Notes: generated by a model from the sequence alone, not told the origin. Counted from the first letter of the stretch, positions 38,008-47,364 are shown. The stretch is 64,000 bases of DNA from Oscillospiraceae bacterium (GCA_017439555.1 JAFSIZ010000007.1:8187-72186), one strand, 5' to 3'. Numbers and translations are program-made.

Positions 38008-38808
38008 TTACGGACGCTGGCCGAGACCACCCTCGAGAGTGATGGTTTCGCCTGTCATATATTTGAAGTCGGGATGTGCAAGTTGGACGCATACACGGCC
38101 GATTTCAAGCTCAGAATCACCGAAGTGACCCATCGGAGGCATATGAACATTCTTCTCAAATGCTTCCGGATACGCATTCTGGAACCGCTCAAGCTGAGCC
38201 GTCCAGGCAAGAGGACAAATGATATTGACGTTGATGCCGTCCTTGCCCCATTCCGTTGCCGCAACACGTGTGAGACCACGGATGCCTTCCTTTGCAGCTG
38301 CATATGCACACTGGCCATAGTTTCCGAAAAGACCTGCGCCTGATGCGAAGTTGATGACAGAGCCCTTTGTCTCCTTGAGATGGGGATAACAGGCCTTCAT
38401 ATAATAGAAGCTTGCATAGAGACCTGAGTACATTGCAAGGTCAAACTGCTCTGTTGTGTGGTCAGCAAGCGCAACGCCTGAAGCTGATGCCTGAGCATTG
38501 TTTATGAGAACATCGATTCTTCCGAATTCCTTGATTGCTTCGTCTACAACCTTCTGCACAGTAGCTTCATTGTCGTTTCCTGCCGCTACATCTGCCGCAA
38601 CGATAAGCACCTTGATACCATAGAGTCTTTCAAGCTCTTCCTTTGCATCCTCGAGCTTTTTGACATTTCTGCCTGTGATAACGAGGTTTGCGCCTTCCTT
38701 TGCATAGGCTGTTGCAATGCCATAGCCGATAGATCCGCAACGCCCGTCTGTGAGCACTGCACGCCCTGCACCTGTGATTATTGCTGTTTTACCTGTAAGA
38801 AATCCCAT
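38008..38808 (-). CDS. SDR-family oxidoreductase
   Basis: TGAGRAV...GSIGYG cofactor motif with an insertion. Catalytic YAAAK. 266 aa. Confidence 0.85.
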   Translation of the reverse strand: MGFLTGKTAIITGAGRAVLTDGRCGSIGYGIATAYAKEGANLVITGRNVKKLEDAKEELERLYGIKVLIVAADVAAGNDNEATVQKVVDEAIKEFGRIDVLINNAQASASGVALADHTTEQFDLAMYSGLYASFYYMKACYPHLKETKGSVINFASGAGLFGNYGQCAYAAAKEGIRGLTRVAATEWGKDGINVNIICPLAWTAQLERFQNAYPEAFEKNVHMPPMGHFGDSELEIGRVCVQLAHPDFKYMTGETITLEGGLGQRP

Positions 38809-38831
38809 TTTTCTGCACCTTCCCCATAAAA

Positions 38832-39914
38832 TTATAATAAGGTTTTTATTATTGCATCGAGCTCATCATATCGCGCGATAATGTCTTTCGCAAGCGCTAT
38901 CTGAGCCCGTGTGCGCACAAGATTGTGACCGGGGTAATCTGTTTTGAAATAGCAATCCCCCGTAAGATAATCATCAAGAAACCTGCCTGCAAGCTCCATA
39001 GCTATGACTATAACGCTGTCTATGAGCTTTTCCTTCTCGTTCTCTGTAAGAACAGCACCTGCTGCGCTGAGAAAGCCTTTTGTAAAAGCACGGAACTTAT
39101 TATTGTCCAATCTTATCCTGGATATATCCGGCTCGTCCTCAGCTGCGGTGTTGGCTGAAAAACGCACAGCATCACCATAATCATGCAGCGCAAGCCCCGG
39201 CATTACCGTGTCAAGGTCTATAACCGCAAGCGCTTTCTTTGTTCTGATGTCAAAAAGGACGTTATTGCATTTTGTATCGTTGTGTGTGACGCGGAGCGGA
39301 AGCTTTCCATCCTTCTGCATTCGTGTCAGGCAGACCGCCCTTTCAAAATTTTCGCGAAAGAATTCTATCTCGCTTGCGGCGTCTGCCGCTCTTCCAAGCG
39401 GATCCGCCTCAACGTGAGAAAACAACGTGTTCATTCTCTTCTCGGTATCATGGAAATCCGGAATCGTCTCAAAGAGCTTTGAAGCCTCAAAATCTCCGAG
39501 CATTGTCTGGAAATTTCCGAAAGCAAAACCGGCCTGCTCAAGAATCTCCGCATCATCGCAAAGATCAAAGGTGATTGAATCATCTATGAACCTATAGGAC
39601 CGCCAGCATTTCCCCTCGTCGTCAAAAAAACAGCTTTCGCCGCTTTTTGCCTTCAGAAACGAAAGCACCATACGCTCGCTTGCATCTCCGAGTTTATCTG
39701 CAATATGCCCCGTCACAAGCGAAATATTCTGCATCATAGAAACCGGATCTTTGAAAACATGAGTGTTTATCTGCTGTACTATATAGCAGCTGTCACCACC
39801 TGCATCGCGGAAGGTTACCTTGAAGGTGTCATTTATATTTCCGCTCTTTATAACATCACACGCGACTATCTCGCCGCTTATTCCAAATTCTCTGCAAATG
39901 CTTTCAATATTCAT
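38832..39914 (-). CDS. N-acetylhexosamine 1-kinase-like phosphotransferase (APH/NahK family)
   Basis: LRVTHNDTKCNNVLFD catalytic loop, IDLDTVMPG, HNLVRTRAQIALAKDI. Collinear by eye with Bifidobacterium NahK as I recall it. ATG 39914 preferred; 39920 is a GTG. Confidence 0.7.
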   Translation of the reverse strand: MNIESICREFGISGEIVACDVIKSGNINDTFKVTFRDAGGDSCYIVQQINTHVFKDPVSMMQNISLVTGHIADKLGDASERMVLSFLKAKSGESCFFDDEGKCWRSYRFIDDSITFDLCDDAEILEQAGFAFGNFQTMLGDFEASKLFETIPDFHDTEKRMNTLFSHVEADPLGRAADAASEIEFFRENFERAVCLTRMQKDGKLPLRVTHNDTKCNNVLFDIRTKKALAVIDLDTVMPGLALHDYGDAVRFSANTAAEDEPDISRIRLDNNKFRAFTKGFLSAAGAVLTENEKEKLIDSVIVIAMELAGRFLDDYLTGDCYFKTDYPGHNLVRTRAQIALAKDIIARYDELDAIIKTLL

Positions 39915-39980
39915 CAGCACGCATCCCTTATATATGTTGATTTAGTTAATTATATCACAATCATACCGTTCTATCAAGTA

Positions 39981-40013
39981 TAAAATAAGCTGCTTCACAG
40001 CAAAGCAGCTTAT
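39981..40013 (-). terminator. Intrinsic terminator after the CobW-like pair
   Basis: ataagctgctt / aagcagcttat stem of 11 bp, followed on the minus strand by TTTTA. Confidence 0.7.
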
Positions 40014-40034
40014 CACTTTTAATACGGAATATTA

Positions 40035-40973
40035 TTAGCCTTTTTTCTTTTTCGGATTCGCAACCGGCGTCACGCGCTTTGCATAGAGCACAGGAGCTTC
40101 CTCTCCGTATTCCGGCACAAACTCATAGGCCACCTCAGCTCTTACCCTCACATAATCCCCTTCGGAGATGCCTGTTGCGCTGTCATTTTTGCAAAGGAAT
40201 CCTAAAAACTGCATATCGTCTTCACAGCAGGTCATAACCATATTCCCTGCAAAAAACAAACCCTTTCGCAGATAACCCGGTCTCACAACCTGTGCCGAAT
40301 ATTCAACAACCTTTCCGATATATCTGTCTATATTATCGTTCATATCGATATACCAGACGACGAAGCTGTCGCCATCAAGCTTTATAACCTTGTCATTGAG
40401 ACTATAGGGCAGATCCTCCTCGAGCGTTATGTCCATTATTCCTTCCTCATCGCTGAGATACATAAGCTCTGCACGCGGCGCACATCTTTTAATGTTGTCC
40501 TTATACATCCTGAAATCGTCCTCACGGGTGCAACGGTTTACAAAAACCGTTGTCGAGGAGCGGAGCATATCTGCAAAAATACTTTTCATATTTGCAAAAT
40601 AGCTTTCAAGCGTTGTTGAATCAATAACCGTAATCTGGTCAACAAGCCGCCACGAATCGGGCTTTGGCGTGCTGTAGAGCTGTTGCATTCCCCACATTCC
40701 ATTATATTCAATTATAACATATGTCGGATTGAATTTTTCATCGAGACGGAAAAGCACATCACCTATGAGCTCTTCCTTTTCTTCCACAATGTGAACGTGG
40801 ATATTTCCGGGAAGGTCTTCATATTCGTTCTCGCCCTCTTCACAGCAAATGATGAGAACGCGCTCCTTTTCCATTTTCGGGTCGCCTATAAGAGCAGTTT
40901 TCACAAATGTGGTCTTACCGCCATCGAGAAAACCGTTTACGACAAATACAGGGACGTTTCTTTTATCAGCCAT
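40035..40973 (-). CDS. CobW-like P-loop domain fused to a Cys-motif C-terminal domain (DUF1980-like, tentative)
   Basis: N-terminus VNGFLDGGKTTF (GxxxxGKT) and IICCEEG. C-terminus FFAGNMVMTCCEDDMQFLGFLCK resembles the xxTCCxxD motif I associate with DUF1980/TIGR03943 proteins. Confidence 0.55.
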   Translation of the reverse strand: MADKRNVPVFVVNGFLDGGKTTFVKTALIGDPKMEKERVLIICCEEGENEYEDLPGNIHVHIVEEKEELIGDVLFRLDEKFNPTYVIIEYNGMWGMQQLYSTPKPDSWRLVDQITVIDSTTLESYFANMKSIFADMLRSSTTVFVNRCTREDDFRMYKDNIKRCAPRAELMYLSDEEGIMDITLEEDLPYSLNDKVIKLDGDSFVVWYIDMNDNIDRYIGKVVEYSAQVVRPGYLRKGLFFAGNMVMTCCEDDMQFLGFLCKNDSATGISEGDYVRVRAEVAYEFVPEYGEEAPVLYAKRVTPVANPKKKKG

Positions 40974-40991
40974 AATTTACCTGCCTCACTG

Positions 40992-42158
40992 TCAGTTTGC
41001 TTTTCCGAAAAGCTTTGAGAGCTTTTCCTCGGAAAGCTCGGCACCTATAACGCAGATTTTTCCTGTATAACACGCACTGCCGCTACGGATCTCGTGTTCC
41101 TCGGGCACATAGTCAAAATACGTCCAACCGTCTCCGGAATCCACCATACCCTTTGCACGGAGAATTGTTCCGTATTCGCCGCTGTCAAGAGCAACAAGTA
41201 TGGTTTTGATTTCTTCTGCTGAATATTTTTTCGCAGTCTCAAAGCCCCAGGACACAAACGCCTCATCTGCGTGGTGATGGTGCTCATCGTGGCCATGGTG
41301 ATGCTCGTGGCAACCGCAGGTGCATTCCTCACCGTGTTCGTGGTGATTGTGTCCGTGATGATGGTGCTCATCGTGATCGTGGTGATGCTCGTGACAACCA
41401 CAGGTGCATTCCTCGCCGTGTTCGTGGTGATGGTGTCCGTGATGATGGTGCTCATCGTGATCGTGGTGATGCTCGTGACAGCCGCAAGTGCATTCCTCGC
41501 CGTGTTCGTGGTGATGATGCCCGTGATGATGGTGCACAGCCTCCTGCATAAGCTCCTCTTCAAGCGTTCCCTTTTCAAATGCGCTCAAAATCTCTTCACT
41601 GCTGAGATTATCGAGATGCGTGGTAATTATATTGGCATCCTTGTTTATCTCGCGGATGATTGCAACCGCCTGTGCGACCTTCTCCTCGCTGGCCTTGTCT
41701 GTTCTTGTCAAAAGAATGCAGCCCGAATTCTCTATCTGATTCTCATAGAATTCGCCGAAGTTCTTTCTGTATATTTTGCATTTCGTCGCATCAACAACTG
41801 TGATGCAGGAATCAACGCATATATTTTCATCATTCGTATTGCTTACCGCCGAAATAACATCGGAAAGCTTGCCGACGCCCGAGGGCTCGATTATGATTCT
41901 GTCAGGGCTGTAGGTTCTGACGGTTTCAGCAAGCGCAGCCGTGAAATCACCGACGAGGCTGCAGCAAATGCAGCCTGAATTCATTTCAGTAATCTCGATG
42001 CCTGATTCCTGCAGAAAACCTCCGTCCACACCGATTTCTCCAAACTCATTTTCAATCAGAACGAGCTTTTCACCCTTGAACACATCGCCGATAAGGCGCT
42101 TTATAAAAGTTGTTTTGCCTGCACCCAAAAATCCTGATATTATATTTACCTTTGTCAT
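40992..42158 (-). CDS. CobW/COG0523-family GTPase metallochaperone with His/Cys-rich insert
   Basis: ISGFLGAGKTTF Walker A and GCICCS metal motif. A triple 28-aa His-rich repeat, then a CobW_C-like end. ATG 42158 is preceded by AAGAGG. Confidence 0.85.
   Translation of the reverse strand: MTKVNIISGFLGAGKTTFIKRLIGDVFKGEKLVLIENEFGEIGVDGGFLQESGIEITEMNSGCICCSLVGDFTAALAETVRTYSPDRIIIEPSGVGKLSDVISAVSNTNDENICVDSCITVVDATKCKIYRKNFGEFYENQIENSGCILLTRTDKASEEKVAQAVAIIREINKDANIITTHLDNLSSEEILSAFEKGTLEEELMQEAVHHHHGHHHHEHGEECTCGCHEHHHDHDEHHHHGHHHHEHGEECTCGCHEHHHDHDEHHHHGHNHHEHGEECTCGCHEHHHGHDEHHHHADEAFVSWGFETAKKYSAEEIKTILVALDSGEYGTILRAKGMVDSGDGWTYFDYVPEEHEIRSGSACYTGKICVIGAELSEEKLSKLFGKAN
41271..41535 (-). repeat. 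In-frame 84-bp tandem repeat, about 3.1 copies, encoding HHHHGHHHHEHGEECTCGCHEHHHDHDE
   Basis: ggtgctcatcgtg recurs at 41279, 41363 and 41447, an exact 84-nt period. Copies differ at a few positions. Confidence 0.9.
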
Positions 42159-42196
42159 TTTAAAACCTCTTTCCATAAGTCAGCTCAAATTAACTG

Positions 42197-42225
42197 ATTT
42201 TACCACGACATCATCCGCAAAGCAA
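42197..42225 (-). promoter_or_regulatory. Sigma-A-type promoter (extended -10) for the CobW pair
   Basis: Minus strand TTGCTT (42225-20), 17 nt, TGgTAAAAT (-10 at 42202-42197). Confidence 0.45.
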
Positions 42226-42250
42226 GCAGAAAAATGCCGATGTTCTTTTC

Positions 42251-43078
42251 CTATCTTCCTATTGCTGCTATCGAGCGCTTTACAAGGCGCTTGAAATCAG
42301 CGCCGACTCTGTCTGCAGTTTCCTTTACCTCTTCGTGAGTCAGCGGTACCAGGCTCAGCCCCGCCGCCATATTCGTTATACAGCTGATTCCGCAAACCGA
42401 AAGCCCCATATGCCGCGCTGCCATCGCTTCAATGGCGGTGCTCATTCCGACGGCATCAGCGCCAAGTGTCTCATATGCGCGGATTTCCGCAGGTGTTTCA
42501 TAGTTGGGCCCCGTTGTCTGAATATACACTCCCTCACAAAGCGCGATTGAGAGCTCTTTTGCACTCTCCCTGATTATATCACGCAGCTTCTTCGTATATA
42601 TCTCGCTCATATCCGGGAAACGCAGGCCGAGCTCGTCTATATTTCCGCCTATCAACGGAGACGGAACGAGGCTTGAAATGTGATCTGTTATCATCATCAA
42701 TGCCCCTTGAGCAAAGCTCTTGTTTATGCCTCCTGCTGCATTCGTGAGAAACAGCGTCTTCGCGCCGAGAAGCCCCATAAGGCGAATCGGCATAACGACA
42801 TCGCGCACGTCATATCCCTCATAATAGTGAACTCTTCCCTGCATTATGACAACAGGTACATTCTCTATATTTCCAAAAACAAATCTTCCTTCGTGCCCTG
42901 CAACCGTCGACACAGGAAATCCCGGAATTTCACTATATCTCACTGTTGCTTCAACATCAATTTCATCCGCAAGCGCACCAAGCCCCGAACCGAGCACGAG
43001 CGCGACCTCGGGAACAAAGCCCGTCTTTCCTCTTACATAGGAAAGAGCAGTTTTCAGCTTTTCGTATACCTCTGACAT
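42251..43078 (-). CDS. punA: Purine nucleoside phosphorylase (PunA/PNP-I type)
   Basis: VALVLGSGLG phosphate loop, HEGRFVFG, YETPAE, VGMS. 275 aa. Confidence 0.88.
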   Translation of the reverse strand: MSEVYEKLKTALSYVRGKTGFVPEVALVLGSGLGALADEIDVEATVRYSEIPGFPVSTVAGHEGRFVFGNIENVPVVIMQGRVHYYEGYDVRDVVMPIRLMGLLGAKTLFLTNAAGGINKSFAQGALMMITDHISSLVPSPLIGGNIDELGLRFPDMSEIYTKKLRDIIRESAKELSIALCEGVYIQTTGPNYETPAEIRAYETLGADAVGMSTAIEAMAARHMGLSVCGISCITNMAAGLSLVPLTHEEVKETADRVGADFKRLVKRSIAAIGR

Positions 43079-43138
43079 TCATATCACCTCTTTCTTTATT
43101 ATCTCACTCTGCGAAGAAAAAGTCAACAACGCGGAAGC

Positions 43139-43170
43139 AAAAACGGCATTGCCGAAGCAATGCCGTTTTC
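43139..43170 (-). terminator. Intrinsic terminator after solute-binding gene 1
   Basis: aaaaacggcattgc cgaa gcaatgccgttttc. The minus strand gives the stem followed by TTTTT. Confidence 0.8.
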
Positions 43171-43187
43171 ATTTTCAGAAGATTGGT

Positions 43188-44750
43188 TTATTTGTAGTTG
43201 AGGTATGCAGCTTCATAAATTGCAAGAAGCTCTGCAATCGGAAGAGCCTTAAGCTCTTCCTGGAAAGCATCCCATTCTGAAAGCGGACGCTGACCGATAA
43301 CGAACTTCATAAGGTTTTCTTCAACAGTCGTCTTGAGGGATGTGTCATAGTCAGCAACGATTTTGCTGTCTTCAGCAGAAAGCTCCATATAAAGTGTCGG
43401 ATCGAGTTGCGGATATGTATTCTCAAGCATAAAGTCTGTCGTTGCAGCCTGCTCTGCGGAGATGGATGCATCGATCATAGCCGGGTCAACACGGAGGTAT
43501 GTACCGATTGTCTTGAAGCCATAGAGAGTGTTGATGTTCTCACCTTCGCCCTCGCCGATGAACTTTCTCTTTCCATCAACGACTTCATAGGTTTCGCCCT
43601 CTTTACCCCAGCTTACCAGCTCAGCACCTTCGTCTGTGTAGAACCAGTTGAGGTATCTCATAGCGTTTGCGATTGCGCCTGCATCGCCTGTGTTCGGAAT
43701 AGCAAAGCCTGTCGGGTCGTTGGTATACTTGTTGACAAGCTGTACACCGATGCCGTTTGTGGACTTCGGCGGCTTCATTGCAGCGATTGTGTATGCGGGA
43801 TTCTTAGCACGTGCAATGTTGTTGAAGAAGTCGATACGGACCTGATATTCCGGCATAATAAAGCCGCGGTCTGTGGATACGAGCTCCTGCCATGTCGCTG
43901 TGTTGATTGTGAAGAAGTCTGACGGGATGAGAGCTTCATCGACCATCTTCTTGAAGAACTCGACCATCTCGAGCATAATTTCGCTCTCAGCTGCGCCATA
44001 GCTCCACTTCTCGTTTTCAAAATCATAGTATGCGTTATAATGGAAGTTGGGCTTCCAGGAAGAACCTATGACATTGAAGTTTGCAAGACCTGAGCGCACG
44101 CAGAACGGATAGGACTCAGGATAGAGCTCCTTGAGCTTTTTGCTTACATTATAGAGATCGTCAATTGTCTCGGGAGTTGCAAGACCGTGCTGATCAAAGA
44201 TATCCTTGCGGTAGAGCCAGCTGCGGACGTTTGTTGAACGCTCCATACCATAGATAGGCGCATAATATACCTTACCGTCTGCAGCCTTACGTGTGTTTCT
44301 CATCCACTGATCCTTTTCCGGAAGTCCATCCCAGAATGCGTTGTAGTCCGGAAGGAACTCTGCATAGTCATCAAGTGCGACAAATGCGCCCTGATCTGCA
44401 TAATCCGCAAATCCGGAGGGCTTGCCCTGGAATCCGAATACATCCGGAAGTGAATCCTTGCTTGCCATAAGAAGCGGGAACTTTGTTCCAAAGTCAGAAG
44501 ACGGAATAGCGCTTACATTGATGGTTCCGCCAATGCCTTCGCGGATATATTCCCAAACCTTCCAATCCTCTTCATATGGCCATGAAGCATGGCTTGCAAT
44601 TACCACATCGATAACTGCATCGTCCGGAACCTGCTTGCCTTCGGGGATGTCATAAGAGACCTCGCCGCTGATGCCTGTGCCGCCACCTGTGCAGGCAGCA
44701 AGAGAAAGCATCATCACAAGCGCAAGTAAAAGTGCTGTGAGTTTTTTCAT
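43188..44750 (-). CDS. Extracellular solute-binding lipoprotein (family 1, LplA-like), paralog 1
   Basis: Signal peptide plus lipobox LSLAAC. 520 aa. Large sugar-type SBP pattern. Confidence 0.8.
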   Translation of the reverse strand: MKKLTALLLALVMMLSLAACTGGGTGISGEVSYDIPEGKQVPDDAVIDVVIASHASWPYEEDWKVWEYIREGIGGTINVSAIPSSDFGTKFPLLMASKDSLPDVFGFQGKPSGFADYADQGAFVALDDYAEFLPDYNAFWDGLPEKDQWMRNTRKAADGKVYYAPIYGMERSTNVRSWLYRKDIFDQHGLATPETIDDLYNVSKKLKELYPESYPFCVRSGLANFNVIGSSWKPNFHYNAYYDFENEKWSYGAAESEIMLEMVEFFKKMVDEALIPSDFFTINTATWQELVSTDRGFIMPEYQVRIDFFNNIARAKNPAYTIAAMKPPKSTNGIGVQLVNKYTNDPTGFAIPNTGDAGAIANAMRYLNWFYTDEGAELVSWGKEGETYEVVDGKRKFIGEGEGENINTLYGFKTIGTYLRVDPAMIDASISAEQAATTDFMLENTYPQLDPTLYMELSAEDSKIVADYDTSLKTTVEENLMKFVIGQRPLSEWDAFQEELKALPIAELLAIYEAAYLNYK

Positions 44751-44773
44751 AGTTGTGTTTCCTCCTTAAATTT

Positions 44774-44788
44774 GCATGTGTCTCATGC
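44774..44788 (-). promoter_or_regulatory. 5'-UTR palindrome GCATG-N5-CATGC
   Basis: Lies between the predicted TSS and the AAGGAGG RBS of SBP paralog 1. Confidence 0.35.
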
Positions 44789-44800
44789 TTTATAAAGTAT

Positions 44801-44829
44801 ATTATAATCAAATAATTGGTGGTTGTCAA
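44801..44829 (-). promoter_or_regulatory. Consensus sigma-A promoter for SBP paralog 1
   Basis: Minus strand TTGACA (44829-24), 17 nt, TATAAT (44806-01). Confidence 0.65.
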
Positions 44830-44957
44830 TCAAACAAGTTATATTCCCGTAATATTTTTTAACACAATCGCAACAGTTGAAATTCAATTTTTGTTGCCAA
44901 AAAAGGCGGAATCTGTTAGAATATATCTTAATCGATTTACAGGAGTTTTCAAATCTT

Positions 44958-45710
44958 ATGGAGAATGATTTTAAAAAAAGACTGCTGGACTTATCCGACA
45001 GAACCTTTCGCAAAAACATAGCCTGCGCGACTGCTTTTCTCGACCCGGCAGAGCTTGCAGCCGCACACATTATCACACGCGCTGACAAGCAGGCAAAGAC
45101 ATTGTTTGTCGGCGGTTATCCCGGTGCTGAACGCAAACGGCTCTTTTTCCTTCCCGATTATCTCGAAGAAGAGTTTTTTCCATATGATGAGTATATCTCG
45201 GCGATATATGCAAAATGCCCATTCGGAAGCCCGACCCACCGCGACTGGCTCGGCTCTTTGATGGGGCTTGGGATAAAGCGCGAAACGCTTGGTGATATAC
45301 TCGTCTGTGGTGATTTCGCATATATCATATGCACGCCGCAGATAGCTCCGTTCATTTCCGAAAATCTCACAAAAATAGGGCGCTTCGGCGTCAAGTGTGA
45401 AATATGCTCACTTTCTGATATCAAAGCTCCGGAGCCTGAATTTGACACGGTAACGGGAACCGTTGCTTCACTTCGCGCAGATGCGCTGACCTCACTTGCT
45501 TTCGGAATATCACGCACAGCTGCTGCAGAGCTCATCCGCGACGGCAGGCTCTCGCTAAACCATATCGAGCAGACAAATCCCGCCGCTGAAATCAGCGAAG
45601 GCGACCTTCTCTCGCTCCGCGGCTATGGCAGAGCAAAGCTTTCCGCGCTTGGCGGCACGAGCAAGAAGGGGCGGCAGTTTATAACATTCTATGTGTTTTC
45701 AAAGAAATAA
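44958..45710 (+). CDS. YlmH-like RNA-binding S4-domain protein
   Basis: The N-terminal part resembles YlmH. C-terminal S4 motif LRADALTSLAFGISRTAAAELIRDGRLSLNH. ATG 44958 follows AGGAG. Confidence 0.7.
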   Translation: MENDFKKRLLDLSDRTFRKNIACATAFLDPAELAAAHIITRADKQAKTLFVGGYPGAERKRLFFLPDYLEEEFFPYDEYISAIYAKCPFGSPTHRDWLGSLMGLGIKRETLGDILVCGDFAYIICTPQIAPFISENLTKIGRFGVKCEICSLSDIKAPEPEFDTVTGTVASLRADALTSLAFGISRTAAAELIRDGRLSLNHIEQTNPAAEISEGDLLSLRGYGRAKLSALGGTSKKGRQFITFYVFSKK

Positions 45711-45735
45711 AAATGTGTTTTCAAAGAAATAAAAA
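45692..45735 (+). repeat. Perfect 22-bp tandem duplication spanning the stop codon
   Basis: atgtgttttcaaagaaataaaa at 45692-45713 and again at 45714-45735. Confidence 0.9.
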
Positions 45736-45775
45736 ATCGGCACGGTTTAAAACCATGCCGATTTTATTGTTTTTA
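45731..45775. terminator. Bidirectional intrinsic terminator
   Basis: aaatcggcacggtt / aaccatgccgattt stem (one mismatch), flanked by A- and T-runs. Confidence 0.7.
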
Positions 45776-47344
45776 GCCGTTTACGTTGCTGTAGTTTCTT
45801 TCATAGATTGCGAGGAGATCGCCGATCGGAAGCTTCTCAAGCTCTTCCTGGAAGCTATCCCACTCAGTGAGCGGACGCTGACCGATGATGAACTTCGTAA
45901 GGTTCTCTTCAACAAATGTGTTGATTGATGTGTTATAGTCAGCAGCTGCTGCGCTATCCTCAGATGAGAGCTCCATATAAAGTGTCGGGTCGAGATTCGG
46001 GTAGATGTTGGAGATAATGAAATCTGTTGTTGCAGCCTGCTCTGCAGAAATACCTGCATCAATGCACTCCGGATCTATACGGATGTAAGCACCGATTGTC
46101 TTGAAGCCATAGAGAGTCTGCGCATTGTCAGCTTCGTTCTCAACGATGAACTGACGCTTGCCGTCAACGATTTCATATGTCTCGCCTTCCTTACCCCATG
46201 AGGTAAGCTCTGCGCCTTCATCGGAATAAAGCCAGTTGATGTATCTCATTGCGTTTGCAATTCTTCCGGCATCACCTGTGTTGAGAACTGCATAACCGGA
46301 CGGATCCTGATTATACTTGTTTGTCATATTGATGCCCATTCCGTTGTCAACGCGCGGCGGCTTCATAGCTGTGAGGTTGAAGTCAGGATACTGTGTCCGT
46401 GCCATACCGTTGAAGAAGTCGATACGGACCTGATACTCAGGCATAATGAATCCGCGGTTTGTGGAGACAAGCTCCTGCCATGTGGATGTGTTGATTGTGA
46501 GGAAGTCTGCCGGAACAAGGCCTTCGTTTACCATCTTGTTGAAATAGGTTACGATGTCAAGCATAAGGTCGCTCTCTGTTGCGCCATAGCTCCACTTCTC
46601 ATTTTCGAAATCATAGTATACGTTATAATGGAAGTTAGGTTTCCAGGAAGCACCCATAACGTTTATGTTCTGGAGACCTGAACGCACGCAGAACGGATAG
46701 GACTCAGGATAAAGCTCCTTGAGCTGCTTTGATACTTCATAAAGACCATCCATTGTTTCCGGAACCTGGAGGCCGTGTTTGTCAAAGATATCCTTGCGGT
46801 AGAGCCATGTGCGCATATTTGTGTAGCGCTCAAGACCATAGGTCGGTGTGTAGTATACCTTGCCGTCAAATGCAGACTTGCGGATGTTCTTCATCCAGAT
46901 TTCGTTTTCCGGAACGCTATTCCAGAATGCATTGTAATCCGGAAGGAATTCTTCATAATCATCGAGCGGAAGGAATGCGCCCTGCTCACAATAGTCAGAG
47001 AAGGATGCCGGCTTGCCCTGGAATCCCATAAGATCCGGGAATTCATCGGGAGCTGCCATAACGAGCGGGAACTTTGTTGCAAAGTCTGTTGCCGGAACAG
47101 CGTTCACGTTGATAGTACCGCCAACGCTTTCGCGGATGTAGTTCCATACAGCCCAGTCTTCCTGATAGGGCCAGGATGCATGGCTTGCGATTGTTACATT
47201 GAGAACTGCGTCATCGGGGATCTGCTTACCTTCGGGAATGTCATAGGACACTTCACCGCTGATCTTTGTACCGCCGCCACCTGAGCAGGCTGCAAGCGCA
47301 AACATCATAACGAGTGCGAGAACAAGTGCGATAATTCTTTTCAT
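45773..47344 (-). CDS. Extracellular solute-binding lipoprotein (family 1, LplA-like), paralog 2
   Basis: Signal peptide plus lipobox FALAAC. 523 aa. Long runs identical to paralog 1 (ISGEVSYDIPEGKQ, LKELYPESYPFCVRSGL, GFIMPEYQVRIDFFN, ISAEQAATTDF). Confidence 0.8.
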   Translation of the reverse strand: MKRIIALVLALVMMFALAACSGGGGTKISGEVSYDIPEGKQIPDDAVLNVTIASHASWPYQEDWAVWNYIRESVGGTINVNAVPATDFATKFPLVMAAPDEFPDLMGFQGKPASFSDYCEQGAFLPLDDYEEFLPDYNAFWNSVPENEIWMKNIRKSAFDGKVYYTPTYGLERYTNMRTWLYRKDIFDKHGLQVPETMDGLYEVSKQLKELYPESYPFCVRSGLQNINVMGASWKPNFHYNVYYDFENEKWSYGATESDLMLDIVTYFNKMVNEGLVPADFLTINTSTWQELVSTNRGFIMPEYQVRIDFFNGMARTQYPDFNLTAMKPPRVDNGMGINMTNKYNQDPSGYAVLNTGDAGRIANAMRYINWLYSDEGAELTSWGKEGETYEIVDGKRQFIVENEADNAQTLYGFKTIGAYIRIDPECIDAGISAEQAATTDFIISNIYPNLDPTLYMELSSEDSAAAADYNTSINTFVEENLTKFIIGQRPLTEWDSFQEELEKLPIGDLLAIYERNYSNVNG

Positions 47345-47364
47345 TTGGTTATCCTCCTTTAATT

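Noticed and set aside
41271-41535. Could the regular repeat be a CRISPR array?
   Set aside because: The units are contiguous with no spacers, in-frame, and coding. No cas genes are present in the window.
41045-41978. ORFs 41045-41578 (-) and 41271-41978 (+) through the His-rich repeat
   Set aside because: These are alternative-frame readings of the 84-bp repeat, giving Thr/Ile-rich and Val/Met-rich low complexity. The CobW frame is continuous with the GTPase and CobW_C parts.
42159-42250. Zur box upstream of the CobW pair
   Set aside because: No AAATCGTAAT-N-ATTACGATTT-like palindrome is present. The tcagttaatttgagctga stretch is symmetric only in its outer 4 bases.
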